Assembly (NCBI GenBank): GCA_028534125.1
Contig: CM052823.1
Location: forward strand, 69,254,001 to 69,318,000
Length of the DNA stretch: 64,000 nt
Direction: 5' to 3'
DNA from: Lama glama
Taxonomy: Eukaryota
A model generated the notes under the pieces. The model was given only the letters and a program-made list of their open reading frames with translations. It was not told the origin of the DNA and did not search any database. A program made the position numbers and the translations under genes. The first letter of the stretch is position 1. Each line of letters starts with the position of its first letter. Of the stretch, positions 42,601 to 54,600 are shown in pieces.

Positions 42601-45600
42601 AACACTATCTTTGAAATTCTTGAAAAGGCACCATTTTTGGAGAGGGTGCCCCAGGGAAGCCTCTGTGACTCACTACCCTTTGGTGCTTAGTACAGCGTCT
42701 GTATACAGAAAGCATTCACTGAGACTTCGCCATCCACTGAGACTTCGCCATCCACTGCTGTGGTTCAGAGCCAGTTGCCAGGGCTCTGTGGGGTTGCCCT
42801 GCTCTGGCCAGTAAGCCTGGCCCGGGCCCCCAGGGCCTCACCGTCTGCAGCCTTTGTTGGTGGTGTACACCCGCATCCAGCTCGGCCTGGAGATTCTGCT
42901 GCTTCCGCCACTGTGCCTGCAGCCCAGCTGGGTCCCGCCAGCCCTCTTCCAGGGCCACCAGGTTCTTCTCCCTCAGCCATGTGGCCACCTGGGCACACAG
43001 GGAGGACCAGGCTCTGCTGCCTAGGGTGCTTGTCCACCTCACCTCTGGGCTGCCCCGGGGAAGGGTGGCTTTTTCCTGGGGCAACTCCTTCCCCACCAAG
43101 CACAACCACTCCCCACTCCAACCAAGGAGAACCTCGTAGAAATCCTGCAGGAAAGCCTGCAGCTGCCTGAGCTCCTCCAGCTGGCGGTGACGGGTCCTGG
43201 CTCGCTCCAGGAGTGCCTCTTTCCTGCCGGAAGGAGGGTGTCAGGGGCCTCAGGTCTTTTCACTGGGACCTGGAGCTGCTACGGGGATGAGTGTGCACAC
43301 ATACACACATGCGTGCACATGCGTGCCCTTCCAGCCCTTCTTGTGGATCAATATACCCTGAGTCTGGGCTTTCCTTTGTTTCTTTAATTTTTTTTTTTTT
43401 AGGTGGGGGGAGGTAATTGGGTTTACTTATTTCGAGGAGTTACTGGGGGTTGAACCCAGGACCTCACGCAAGACCATGCATGCTAAGCATACGCTCTACC
43501 GCTTGATCTATACCCCACCCCTGGGCTTTCCTTTGAAATAGAGACACACCCTACTTCCCCTCTTCATTAGTGCCTGTTATGGGCTGAATTGTGTCCCCGC
43601 AGATTCTTAGGTTGAAGTCCGAATCCTCAGTATGTCAGAATGTGACTGTTTTTGAAGATAAGGTCTTTAAAGAAGTAATTAAGTTAAAATGAGGTCATTA
43701 GGTTGGGCCCTAATCTGATACAATGGGTGTCCTTATAAGAAGGGATTAGCACACAGGCACACACACACAGGGACAGACCGTGTGAAGGCAAGGAGTGAGG
43801 CCTCAGGAGAAACCAGCGCTGCTGACATCTTGATCTTGGGATTTCTAGCCTCCAGAATTATGAGAAATAAACTTCTCTTGTTTAAGCCACCCAGTCTGCG
43901 ATATTTTGTTATGGCAGCCCTAGCAAACTAATTCAGTGTCTACATCACTTTTTTGATCAGACACTGCTATTAGTGCGACTTCGTTGGGATGTATTTGTAA
44001 GTGTGCGTGTGTGTATATTTGTACTGATTTATATATGTGTGTACTTCTGTACAAATATAGTAAGTCCATTGCCATATGCGCAAAAATAGACATCAGAAGT
44101 GAGATCTATTAAAGAGGAAAAGAAGTTCTAACACCCCTCACCCTCACCCCACCAGGGTGCACACACACCTCCCACCAGTGTAGCCCCGACGCTGGCGTTA
44201 GTGGGAATGCTTGTGTCCTCCTGCTGGGGCTGCCAAAGGGGGCTGGGGGCAGGGGAGATGCAGAGTCTTGATGGAATGAAAATGGCTTCAGAGGATGCCA
44301 GGAGCCTGAGAGGGAGGGGGTAGGGTGGCACTGTCCTGGGGGGCAGCCAGGTCTGCCAGGAACTACCTAAGGGGACTAGGGGGAGGGAGTGTTGACAGAG
44401 ACCAGCACACCAACGTTTGCCATCTGTCAGTCAAAGACCTCAGGTAGCCAGGTGGGGTCCACCTGCAGGGAAGAGGAGGGGGTGGCCTCCAGGGCTCCAG
44501 CACAGGAGCCACAAGCATTGTGGGCCTTGGTGGGCTCTCTGGGAAGGAGGGAGACCCCTGCCAATCTGAGATCTAGCTTTTGGCCAAATATGCCTTGGTC
44601 TGAGGGGCTGGATGGGGCAGCTGAACCAGATGGGATTTTACGAGGGAAAAAGGCAGAGCTCATAGCTACGCCAGCTTCAGTTACATGAGCATAAGAAATC
44701 TGCCAAGTGACTGTCAGGCACTGCGTCAGGACATCAAGGGTCCCTTTCCCATCCTCACCACAACCCTAAGAGGCAGGTACTGTTACCCCCTCATGGTAGA
44801 CATGAGACTCCATGAGAAATTTGCCACAAGTCCCACCATGGGTGGGCAGCACAGAAACTCAGCTGTCTAACGACTGTGCTCTGGTATCGCCATCCCATGA
44901 GGTCATCTCTCTCTCAGTTTCTCACTATATGCTGCTCTGTAAAAGTCCCTTTTATCTTAGCTGGGTGACCATGTGCTGTGTGACTCAGCAGGCTGACACA
45001 CTGCAGGGCCAGGAGTGGTGGGGTCCTGGCATCCAACCTCAGCACCCGGAAAATGCTGGGAGCCCAGGCTAACAGGCAGAAGAGCCGGGCAAGAGCCAGA
45101 CATTCGTGCCAGCCCACCCACCACCCCTTAGCCCCAGAGCCGCTGTACCTCAGGAGCATGGCCTGGCACCGGCCCAGGGCGCCCTGGGCCTCGGGCCGTC
45201 CACCCTGGAGCAGGCTGCGGGTGGCGGCCTCCAGCGCGCTGATCTTGTCGGCCCGTGCCTCCAGCTCCCGTTCGTGCATCTTGTGTTTCCACAGCAGGGT
45301 CTCCACGTTGGCCGGGGTGTCCTGGGGATTGATGCTGTCCACAGGGCTGCCCCTCCTCCTCCCAAGCTATCTGCTTTCCCACCTAAACCATCTGATCAAA
45401 CACATCCCCCGAATCCCTCCAGGCCATATCTGGCTTTAGGGCAGTGATTCTCAACCAAGCATGGGTCAAGAGTCAGAATTTCCAGAGCAGGTGGAGCTTC
45501 TCCACATAACAGGGACACCCCCTCCTCTGCACTCCCAGTAAGGCTACGTCAGCACAGGGCGAGTCAGCCCTGATTATTCTCTGAGCGCCCTCATGGGTCA

Positions 45601-48600
45601 GGCCCTCCTGCCACAGAGCTTGGGACGGTGGTGGGAAAAACAAACATCTGGGTGTAAGGAAGTAAGAAGGGCAGAGGTGAGAAGCATGTTGGGAAGGAGG
45701 CAAGAATGTGTCCAGGGCCACACACTCACCCTCCAAGCTCCCACGGCACCTCCTGGTGCACAACCGTCACCAGTGATGGATGGGTAAGCAACTGCTTGTG
45801 GTTGAGGGCTGGGAGATGCCCTTGGCCTGGGAGCTCAGGCAGCACTGTCTGCCTTGATCTCTAATGCTGCTCTTGCAAACCCTCCCTCACTCTTGCTGGG
45901 CACCTACCCCTAGACCCTCACTGGCTGGGCAGTCTTCCTGGCTGCAGAGCCAATGTTCCATCTGCTCCACAGAGCTCAGAACTAGCTGTTGAAAAAGAAA
46001 AGGAAAAAGGCAAGAGGAAGTGAGCAGAGGGTTCAGGGAGAGTGAGCCTGTTGGGGTTCCCAGTGGGGAAACCAGGCTGCTGGGGCCTGGCTTAACAGAA
46101 CGAGCCCACTGCAGGAAGACTTGCAGCGCACGAGCTGAGTGGTGCGTGGTAGGTGGTGGGAAAAGCCCCTGGTACAGCAGTCTCTCTGGCTTTGGCTTTG
46201 ACCAGGGGCAGTGGGTTTAGCATAGGCCTCACGGGTGGAGTTGGGATGAAGGCTGCCTACCTGCAGCTCCAAAGCCTGCTGCAGCTGGAGCTGGTGCTCC
46301 TGCCAGGCCCGTTCCAGGCTGTTCAGCTCCTGGTCTAAACCAGCCAGGGCCTGGCGGATGTCGGGGGTGGCTGGGTGCCCGGTGGCAAGCAGTTGCTGCC
46401 CGGTGCTTCGGGCCAGGCTGATGCTGTCTGTTCGGGAGTCCAGCTCGGCCTGTAAGAGGACTGGGCTCAGATCCCAGAGGCTGAGGCTCCCTGAGTGGGA
46501 GGGAAGAGGCCCAGTGGGAAGGAGGAGAGGTGGGGAAGACAGCTGAGGGGGTTAGGGTGGAAGAGGTGAAAGGCAGAGGCAGCTGATACAGAAAGAACCC
46601 AAGAGAAAATTGGGATCACAGCAAAGGGGAGGCCAGGGAGGATGTGAGATCCCAAGAAAGGCCCCGGGGCCTGGGCTGTTCACCTTGCACTCCTGCTGTT
46701 CCTGCAGCATGTGCTGGACCTCCGCAAGGCTGCGTGGGGTGCTTCGGGCATCCATGTCAGCTCGCAGCCTCTGGGCCCAGACCAGCAATTCCTGCAGCAT
46801 TGCCTGCAGCTTCTGAGCTTGGTGCAAGGCATCCAGCGAGTCCTTCCTGTCCACCAGGGTCATTAGCTAGTCCCAGGGCCTCCGAGCCCCTCTTTCCCCC
46901 TGTGCCCACAGGTGCCTTCTCTCCCTGAATCCCCTCAGCCAAAGAAGGGGCCCATGGGCTGGGAATTAATATGGTGACAATACAGATGGTTATTGGAAGG
47001 ACAGAGGAAGACTCTTAGGGGCAGTCTGGGGACTAGGCTGCTGCAGGGGACGGGTCCACGAGGGCAGTGAGGGAAAGAGGCCCCAGGGCTTGTACCGCTT
47101 CTGGGCCCTGCTCCGGAGCTGCCACCAGCTGTCCATCATCTCCTGCTGCTTGAGGCTGAGGTTGTGGGCTGCCCCAGGGCTTCTCTGGCAGAGACGGCCC
47201 ACCTCACGCTCTAGGGGCTGTGTGGGAAGCTAGGGTCAGGGGCTGGGGCAGGGAGGCAGGTTGTGCTCAGGGGAGCCCCAGCTGCAGGAGGCCCCAGCCT
47301 GTGGTGTGCAGCTGAGTGGATCTGGCTGGCTCTTGAGGTCCTGACCCCCACCCTGCCGCCACATGCCTGCCCAGGGTCCCACAGCGGAAGTCCCCCTGGG
47401 CCCGGGCCCACCTCCGCACCCAGCTGCACACCTCCACTTGTTCCTGGATGAGGCCCATTTCCTGCTCCACCTGCTTGTGTTTCCACATCAGCCTCTGCAC
47501 ACCATCTAGATGTTTCCCGTAGTCCAGGGTCTGGACCAGGGTGGCCTGGAGAGGAATGGGGTGTTACCAGTGGCCTTTGCTTCAGCTCCTCCCTCATGGC
47601 AGGTGGGTCACTGGCAACAGGGTTTCTGTGTGGGAAGCAAGCGCCCAGCCTGATTCCCTTCTCAGTGTCCTCCGTGGGCTGGAGCAGGACGCTGACCCTG
47701 ACCAGAGGGCCCTTCCTTTTGTGAAGGGGGAAGATTCCCAGGAGGGACTTGAGCTGGAGTTAGTACCCTCCACCGGTGGTGCCTCCACATGCATTGTCTC
47801 ACTTGCTCTCATTCCTTTGCGAGGACTGTGCACGGACTGGCCTGGCTGAGGCAGGAACCAGAGGGGCGGTAGGAACAGCTGGCAAGAGCCCTTTGCGTGC
47901 CCAGAACAGGGCACCACCTGCTTCCTGGGGGGCTTCTCAGGCTGCAGACCACTCTTCCACTCCGGCCTCTGCCAGCACCTAGGCCATGTTTCTCTGTGGC
48001 TGCTGACACAATCCCTGGGCAAACCTCCTGTGGGTTCTGGCTTTGCTCAGGGACAACAGAGGAAACAGTATGTGGTGGGGGGGTCCTCTGGCCTCTGGAC
48101 ACAGTGCTTCTGAGGGAGAAAGGAGCCAGGTGGGCCAGCCTCCGAGCATGCAATGGGGGCTTCTAGGTCCAGAGTTGACCCCGAGAGCTCCTGGAAGACC
48201 CCCTGATGGCCCCCTGGCGGGACGTGCCTCCCAGTACCCAGCTGGAGAGGCGGATGAGGGGAGAGATGCAGAGACTCAGGCGGCACTGGCTCCCGGGCTG
48301 AACCGGCTTTTCCATCGCTTACCTTCTCCCTAATCAGCTCAGTGATGTCACCTAGCTTTTGGGACAATGCATGTATCTCCAGAGCCCCTTCAAGCTGCTG
48401 CTGGTACCGGAGCAGGTTGCCATGGAAACTGTTCCACCTGGCAGAGAGGGTGTAAGGCTGAGTCTGAGGTGGCCCTCCAGCCCGTCTCCAGCCCCGTCTC
48501 CAGCCCCTCTGCTTCCGGCTCAGAGACTGGCCTGCTGTTGAGCTGGTGTCGCCGCTGGCAGATGGTCTTGACTTGCTCGGGGTCCCGGTTCTTGAGCTGT

Positions 48601-51600
48601 AGTGACAAGTCGTTGATAATCCTGATGCGGGCGTCATCCACCGTGTCCTGTGGGGGGTGCAGGGTGAGGGCATTGGCAGCACCCACTCTGAGACCCTTCT
48701 CTGCACTGCAGTCAGCACTTGGAGGGTTTGCTTGGTCCCAGAAGAGCATGAGGAATAACATGTCTGGGGAGTGGAGGCAGCTGCTGCTTCAGCTGTGGAC
48801 AGCCCACCCCATGCCGGGTGCAGTGAGGAAGATCCACTTGGGGATTGTAGCCCCAGGGCTGTCTCTAAGGCTGGAAAAAATGCTCCCCAGGTCAGGACCA
48901 GGCAGGAGGGAGAAGGCAGGCATGCACAGAGGAACAGAAGCTTTTAAAGTTGTAATGAAGCTTCTCAGGATAAGAAAAGCAAAGAATGTGTAGAAGGAAA
49001 TGGTGAGTGCCAGCCCCCTGGGGTTTGGGTGTCCCCACCCCTGGGAGTCACCGGGCCTCGGCTGCCACTGCTTAGACACTGGGTGGGGCTCCTGGGTACA
49101 TGGGGAGGGGGTCTGTGGCACTGGGTGGGATGGCAGGCATCCTTCCGCTGTAAAAGCATCTTGCATTGGTCTACGTTTTCACAGCACTTCCCAATAGGTG
49201 TCTCAGACGAGGTGGGCAGGGAAGGGGGTTGCTCTCTCTTACAGAAGCCAGAGCAGAGCTCAGAGGCTAACATGGTGAACTTATGGCACAGGCAGGACTC
49301 AAGCCCAGCTCCTCAAGTGTATCTAATGCTCTTCTTACTACGGCATCTGGCACAGTGGCTGCGAAATTCCACCATTAGCAAAGGCTATCTTAGATCAGAG
49401 CATTGCAGCTTTTAAAAAGTCATACATACTTACCTCAGGGGGTGAAGTTGGCGTGTTTAGGCTCTAACATTTGATTCTGAAACATTTACCCAATTTCTTT
49501 CCTCTATACCTTATAAGGAAAATAGATTTTTGGATTGTGTGTCTGGGGCAGGGGGGTGAGCAGGTGCTGAGGTGCTGAACGAGCAGCTGCAGTTTTTTGA
49601 TTGTCCACTATGCCCAGACGTGTGTGTTCCTTATTTTAAAATTTTGAAATAATTGCAGATGCACATGAAATTGCAAAAGTAGTACAGAGAAGTCCCATGT
49701 CGCCTTCACCCAGCTACCAACGATGGTTAACATCCTATGTAACTGCAGTACAATATGAAAACCAGGACACTGAGTTTAGTACAAATGTTAACTAAACTAC
49801 AGACTTCATTCAGACTTCATCAGTTTCTACATGCACACATCTGTGTATGTGGGTAGCATAGTTCTAGGCAGTTTTATTATATATACAGATTCGTGTAACC
49901 ACCACCATCACACATACAGGCTCCCTTACCTATGAGGTAAGCAGTAGCCCCATTTTAAAGATGAAGAAACTGAGGCTCAGAGAGGTGAGGGCACCTGCCT
50001 AAGCATGTGCAGGTTGTAAGCGCAAAGCCAACACGAGAGTTCACATCTGGCCCCAGAGCCCGTGCTCGGTCACTGCTCTGAGCTGCATTTCCCAATGCGG
50101 GGATGCACTGGCCTACCTCTCCCCAGCGGGGCCCCCTTACCCCGGCCCAGACTCCTGGCAACTTGTGGAGCTGCCTGCGGAGCTGCAGACAGTGCTCAAG
50201 GTCCTGGCCCAGGTCGCCGATGTCCACCGTCACCTCCTGTGGAGGCCAAGTGTCTGGAAGGCTGCACTCTGAGCATCCGGGCCCAGGTGCACCCAGCCCT
50301 CAGGCACCCAGCTGCTGGGGCAGTGTAGGGGCAGGTGGAGGCTTTGGGAACTTCTTGCTGGGGCTCCCTCCTATCAGGCAGGGAGCTGCAGGCCTGGGGC
50401 TCCCTCCCCAACCTGTCAGCCCCACAGCCCCACCCTGGCTCTGTCCTTGTTCAGCTGGGTCTCACCATCTCCTGGATCCAGGCCTCTGCACCATCTACTC
50501 TCTGCAGGAATTCCAAGAAGTTCCGCTTGTCCTCTAGGTCCCGGCCCCGGAGAGCCACCGTCTGTCTCAGCTTCTCCCAGTGCTCCTGCAACTCCCGCAG
50601 CTTCTGGGAGACCTCTCCCGCCCAAGGGTGGCTTTGTGCCAGGAGAGCCTCGCCCTCCTGGGAAGAGAGGGGACACCAAGAGATCTTGCCTGTCACCCTT
50701 TCTCTTGCTTGCTTTTTCTCCGTCACAGGCTCCCAGCACCCCCCCCCCCCCCCCCGCCTCAGACCTTTCCCTTTGGCCATCCTAGAGTCTTCCCTCTGGG
50801 GCAGGGTGGGGCTAAGGGCCTGGCTGTTACCTTGGCAACAGAGGTTATGACCTCTTCATGGGCCTGGACCTCAGCCTCAAAGGCCTGGTGTTTCAGCAGG
50901 TGCCTCAAGTTATCTTTCAAGTCCCCAGGAGGGACTGGCTCTTTTAGCCACTGGATTCGCTCCTGGATCCAGTCCTCAGCCTGGCAGGGGTGGGGACATG
51001 AATCTCATGATGCTGATGCTGCCTCAGTTCAGAGACATCCCCCACGCCTGCCCTCAGCCATGCCCAGGTAGCTGACTGCTGGGCTGGGCAGTGTCTGGTA
51101 AATGAGATTCAATGGTTTGAGCCCAGGAAGACACCCCCAGGCCCAGCTGGTCCCCCAGCCACAGGAAAGGGCTGAGCAGGGACCTTGGGTGGGATCTCAT
51201 TTTGGAGGTGCAGCTTGCCTGTCCTAGGTTCCTAGACTGCTCTGCTCCCCCTCAGCACCTATGTTCTGGCTCTTCAAGAGCTTAGGAAGCAGAGGGGTCT
51301 CCACACACAGGGTCTTCAAATCAAATGTTCTGGGCTCCAGTATGGCCTCTGGGAAAGTCATTTAACTCTCCAAACTTCAGTGTCCTTATCACAGGGCTGT
51401 GGTGAGGCCTGAATGAGCCCTTGAAGGCGAACATCATTTGCAAACTGTAAAATGTGCCCAGGTGGAAGGCACTGGGCTGGGGTGGCCTTCTGACCTGGGT
51501 GGTGGCCCTGGTGAAGGCAGCCATCAGCAGGGAGGTGTGCAGGGTGTGTCCCCGGATCTCCGCCAGCTTCTTCACCATAGCCCGGTGCTCCAGCACTGTG

Positions 51601-54600
51601 TGGAGCATGTCCTGCGTCCTGGGGCCCCCGAGCATCTTTGCCTGCTCACACAGAGCTGCCTCCTGTGGGCAGGGTGGTGGGACGGGGGACACAGCCCACT
51701 GTTTACCATACAGGGGAGGCTGGAGCAGGGGCTGGCCCTGAGGAAAGCCCTGCCCTCAGCCCTGCGTGACATAGGGCTGCCCAGTCCTCCCAGCACTACC
51801 CCCCAGCTCCCCAGTGACCATGTGATATGCAACCAACTGGCCTCTGTGTCCCTGCAGTGTGATTCACCCCATCCCAGGCCCTCCTCTTGTACCACACGCC
51901 CAACTCTGCACAGTCAGCCCCAACCAGGCTCCCCTAGCCCCACAGGCCACCCCCAGACATAAGCTTTACCTGTGGGTTCACACCAAGCACCCTGCATACC
52001 CCATTCAGAACTCTCCAAATTTCCCAGACTCCCACCACCCACCTCTGACCACATGCAGGACTCCCCGGACCCATTACCTTCTCATCCTGGGCCATCAGCA
52101 CCTTCTGGAAGGTCTTATGCTTGCTGATCAACTTCTCCACCTCTTCCACTGAGCTCCCCAGGGCACTGGTTTTCAGGATGACCTGGATCAGCCCACAGAA
52201 AAGTCAAAGGGGCCATCAGGGACTATCCAGACAACCAGCCCCCCTCCCCATTTGCAGCCATCTGGGCTGAGGCAGTGAACAGCCCCTGGGCTCTGAATCA
52301 GGGAAAAAACCAGAAGCCCCAGGAAGCAAGAGAGCGAGTGAGGGGGAGGGGAGAGAGGGAGGAGAGGGCCCTCTAGGAGGCAGGTATGCCTATTCCAGGA
52401 TGAGGGCACCTGCCTCCCAGGCTGTGAGGATCTGGTCCAGGTGGCCGCACTTTCTGAGGAAGAGCTGCTCCTGGTGCACGGCCTGCAGCCTCTCTTGCTT
52501 TTGCTCCCAGGCCTGGAACACCTGCTCTCGCTTGTCCCTCAGGGCTCGCAGCCCTTCCTGGACCTGGGGATGGGCAGTGGGGGAAGCCTGCGCTCAGGAG
52601 AGCCACGTGGACCAGACAGAAGTGGATGCTGAGGGAAGCCTCTGAGAAGAGGCTGGTGTGGCACAGCGGGGCAGGGTGTGAGCACAGTTGTCAGGCGCAG
52701 GCTTGGCCAGGATAGGCTGAGGGGGCACCAGACAAGGGGGCCCACCTCCTTGCCGGATGTCCCGGCAGCCAGAAGCGCCTGCTGGCCCAGCTGGGCGGCG
52801 CGCTGGTACAGCTCCTCCTGGGCCTCCAGCTCTGCCCGAAGCTGGTGGTGGGTGCTGAGTTTTAGCAGGCTGCTGCTGGGCTCCTGGGAGCTCTCCTCCA
52901 CCTGCAGCTCCTGCCACATGCTGGTCACCCAAGAGGTGTAGTCCTGCACCTGGATCCCAGGGAGACAGAGGGAGAGAGTGGGGTGCAGGCTGGGATGGGC
53001 TGGGTGGCAGAGAACAAGGCTCTGAGGCACCACGACAGCCCACGTGGATCCACGCACGTACTGGAGTGGCCCCAAGGCGTCCCAGGTCAGAGCCACAGGT
53101 GAGGGCCCTGGGTCACCTGGTTCCCTTGCTGCCATCCAACTCAGTGCTCCCAGGTCCACTAAACTTCCACAGGTGCCAAGACCAGCCTCCTCCTCACCCA
53201 CACCGAGACTTCTCTCCATTCTTTACTTTCACTGCCTTTCTTGCTTAGAAGTTCTTCTCCTGCCTTCCATCCCTTCCAAGTGCACACATTCATCTAGGGC
53301 CGAGGCCTTCTTTGCCTCATGAAGCCTTCCCTGGCCCCGACTTGACTTGTCCTCTGAATCTCCAGTTCAACACTCACAAGTGGCCTTCTACCGATTTGTG
53401 TGCAAACGCATGTTAGAGCTGGAAGAGCCTCGAAGCCTTGTCCAAAATCATTGCACAGATGAAGAAGGGTAAATGGCACAACATGTGTGCGAGAGTTTTG
53501 AAACCTCCAAGCGCTCACACACAGTGGATAACAAGCTAGGGGTAAGTGCCTTGCTCGAGCCCACGCTGCTAGGAAGTGGCAGAGCTAGGTCTCTAAATGC
53601 AAGCCTTTCTGCAGTGTCACACTTTGGGCCTTGCAGTCTACCAGGCACTGGGACATGGGGACTCCTGGGAGAGCCCAGGGCCAGGCCTGCTGTCCCCATC
53701 TGACTCTCTGGGGTGTTGGGTTTATCTCCCAGCGAGACAGGCTCCCTGATGGCAGTGGTCCCATCTTTCATAGGCTCCATGTCATCCTCCTCTCCCCACC
53801 CACAGCTCCTAGCAGAGAGCCTAACACAGAGGTTAAAAAGATGCCTGATCCAGAGGTCACTGTCTAGGACATTTGGGTCTCCAGTTACGGGCTTTCCTGG
53901 GCTGTTTTTCTCCCAAACTCTGGCTGGGACCCCTGTCTCCTGACTGTGCTGTCACTTACCTGGCCAGGCGGTGATCTAGACCTAAGGAGTCACTGCTGGG
54001 ACCCATGCTCAGCCCTCTGACCAGCCAGATGGACATCGCACGTGTCTACACTCGTCTTCCATCTGGAGCTGGAGGGCCTCATTATTGCTTGCACACTCAT
54101 GGTGCAACACAGACACGCACGCACACATACACACATGCTGCCCTGGGGAATGATGGCTCACCGCTGTGTGGAAGCGGGCCAGGAGCCCTGCCCGCTCTAG
54201 CCGGGCCCGGCGCTGCTCCACATGCAGCTTCAGGGCCTCCCAGGCCTGCACCAGAGCCCGCTGCCTCTGCTGCACTGCGTGGGCTTGAGGCCTGGGGCCC
54301 AGCTTCTGCACGGCGCCTCCAGCCTCCAGCAGCTCCTGCAGCTGGGGACAGGGTAGAGGGTAGGGAGGGAAGGAGGGAGTCCTCCTAGAGGCTGAAGGGC
54401 CTGCTGGTCCCACAGCTCCCTCCGGGGGTCATGCCCTGCCATGCACAATGGGCCCAACTGGCGGCCCTGAGGGAGTGGGGACAAGCTAGAGAGCAGACGG
54501 GCAGGCCTGAGGGGGCCTGCGGGGCCTGCAGTAGGAGAGGCGGCCAGACTGGGCTCACCTGCTGCTCAGTGCCCACAAGTTCAAGCTCCAGCACCTTGTG

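Noticed and set aside
43379-43520. Possible tRNA gene
   Set aside because: Poly(A) tail, TSD and a degenerate cloverleaf indicate a SINE.
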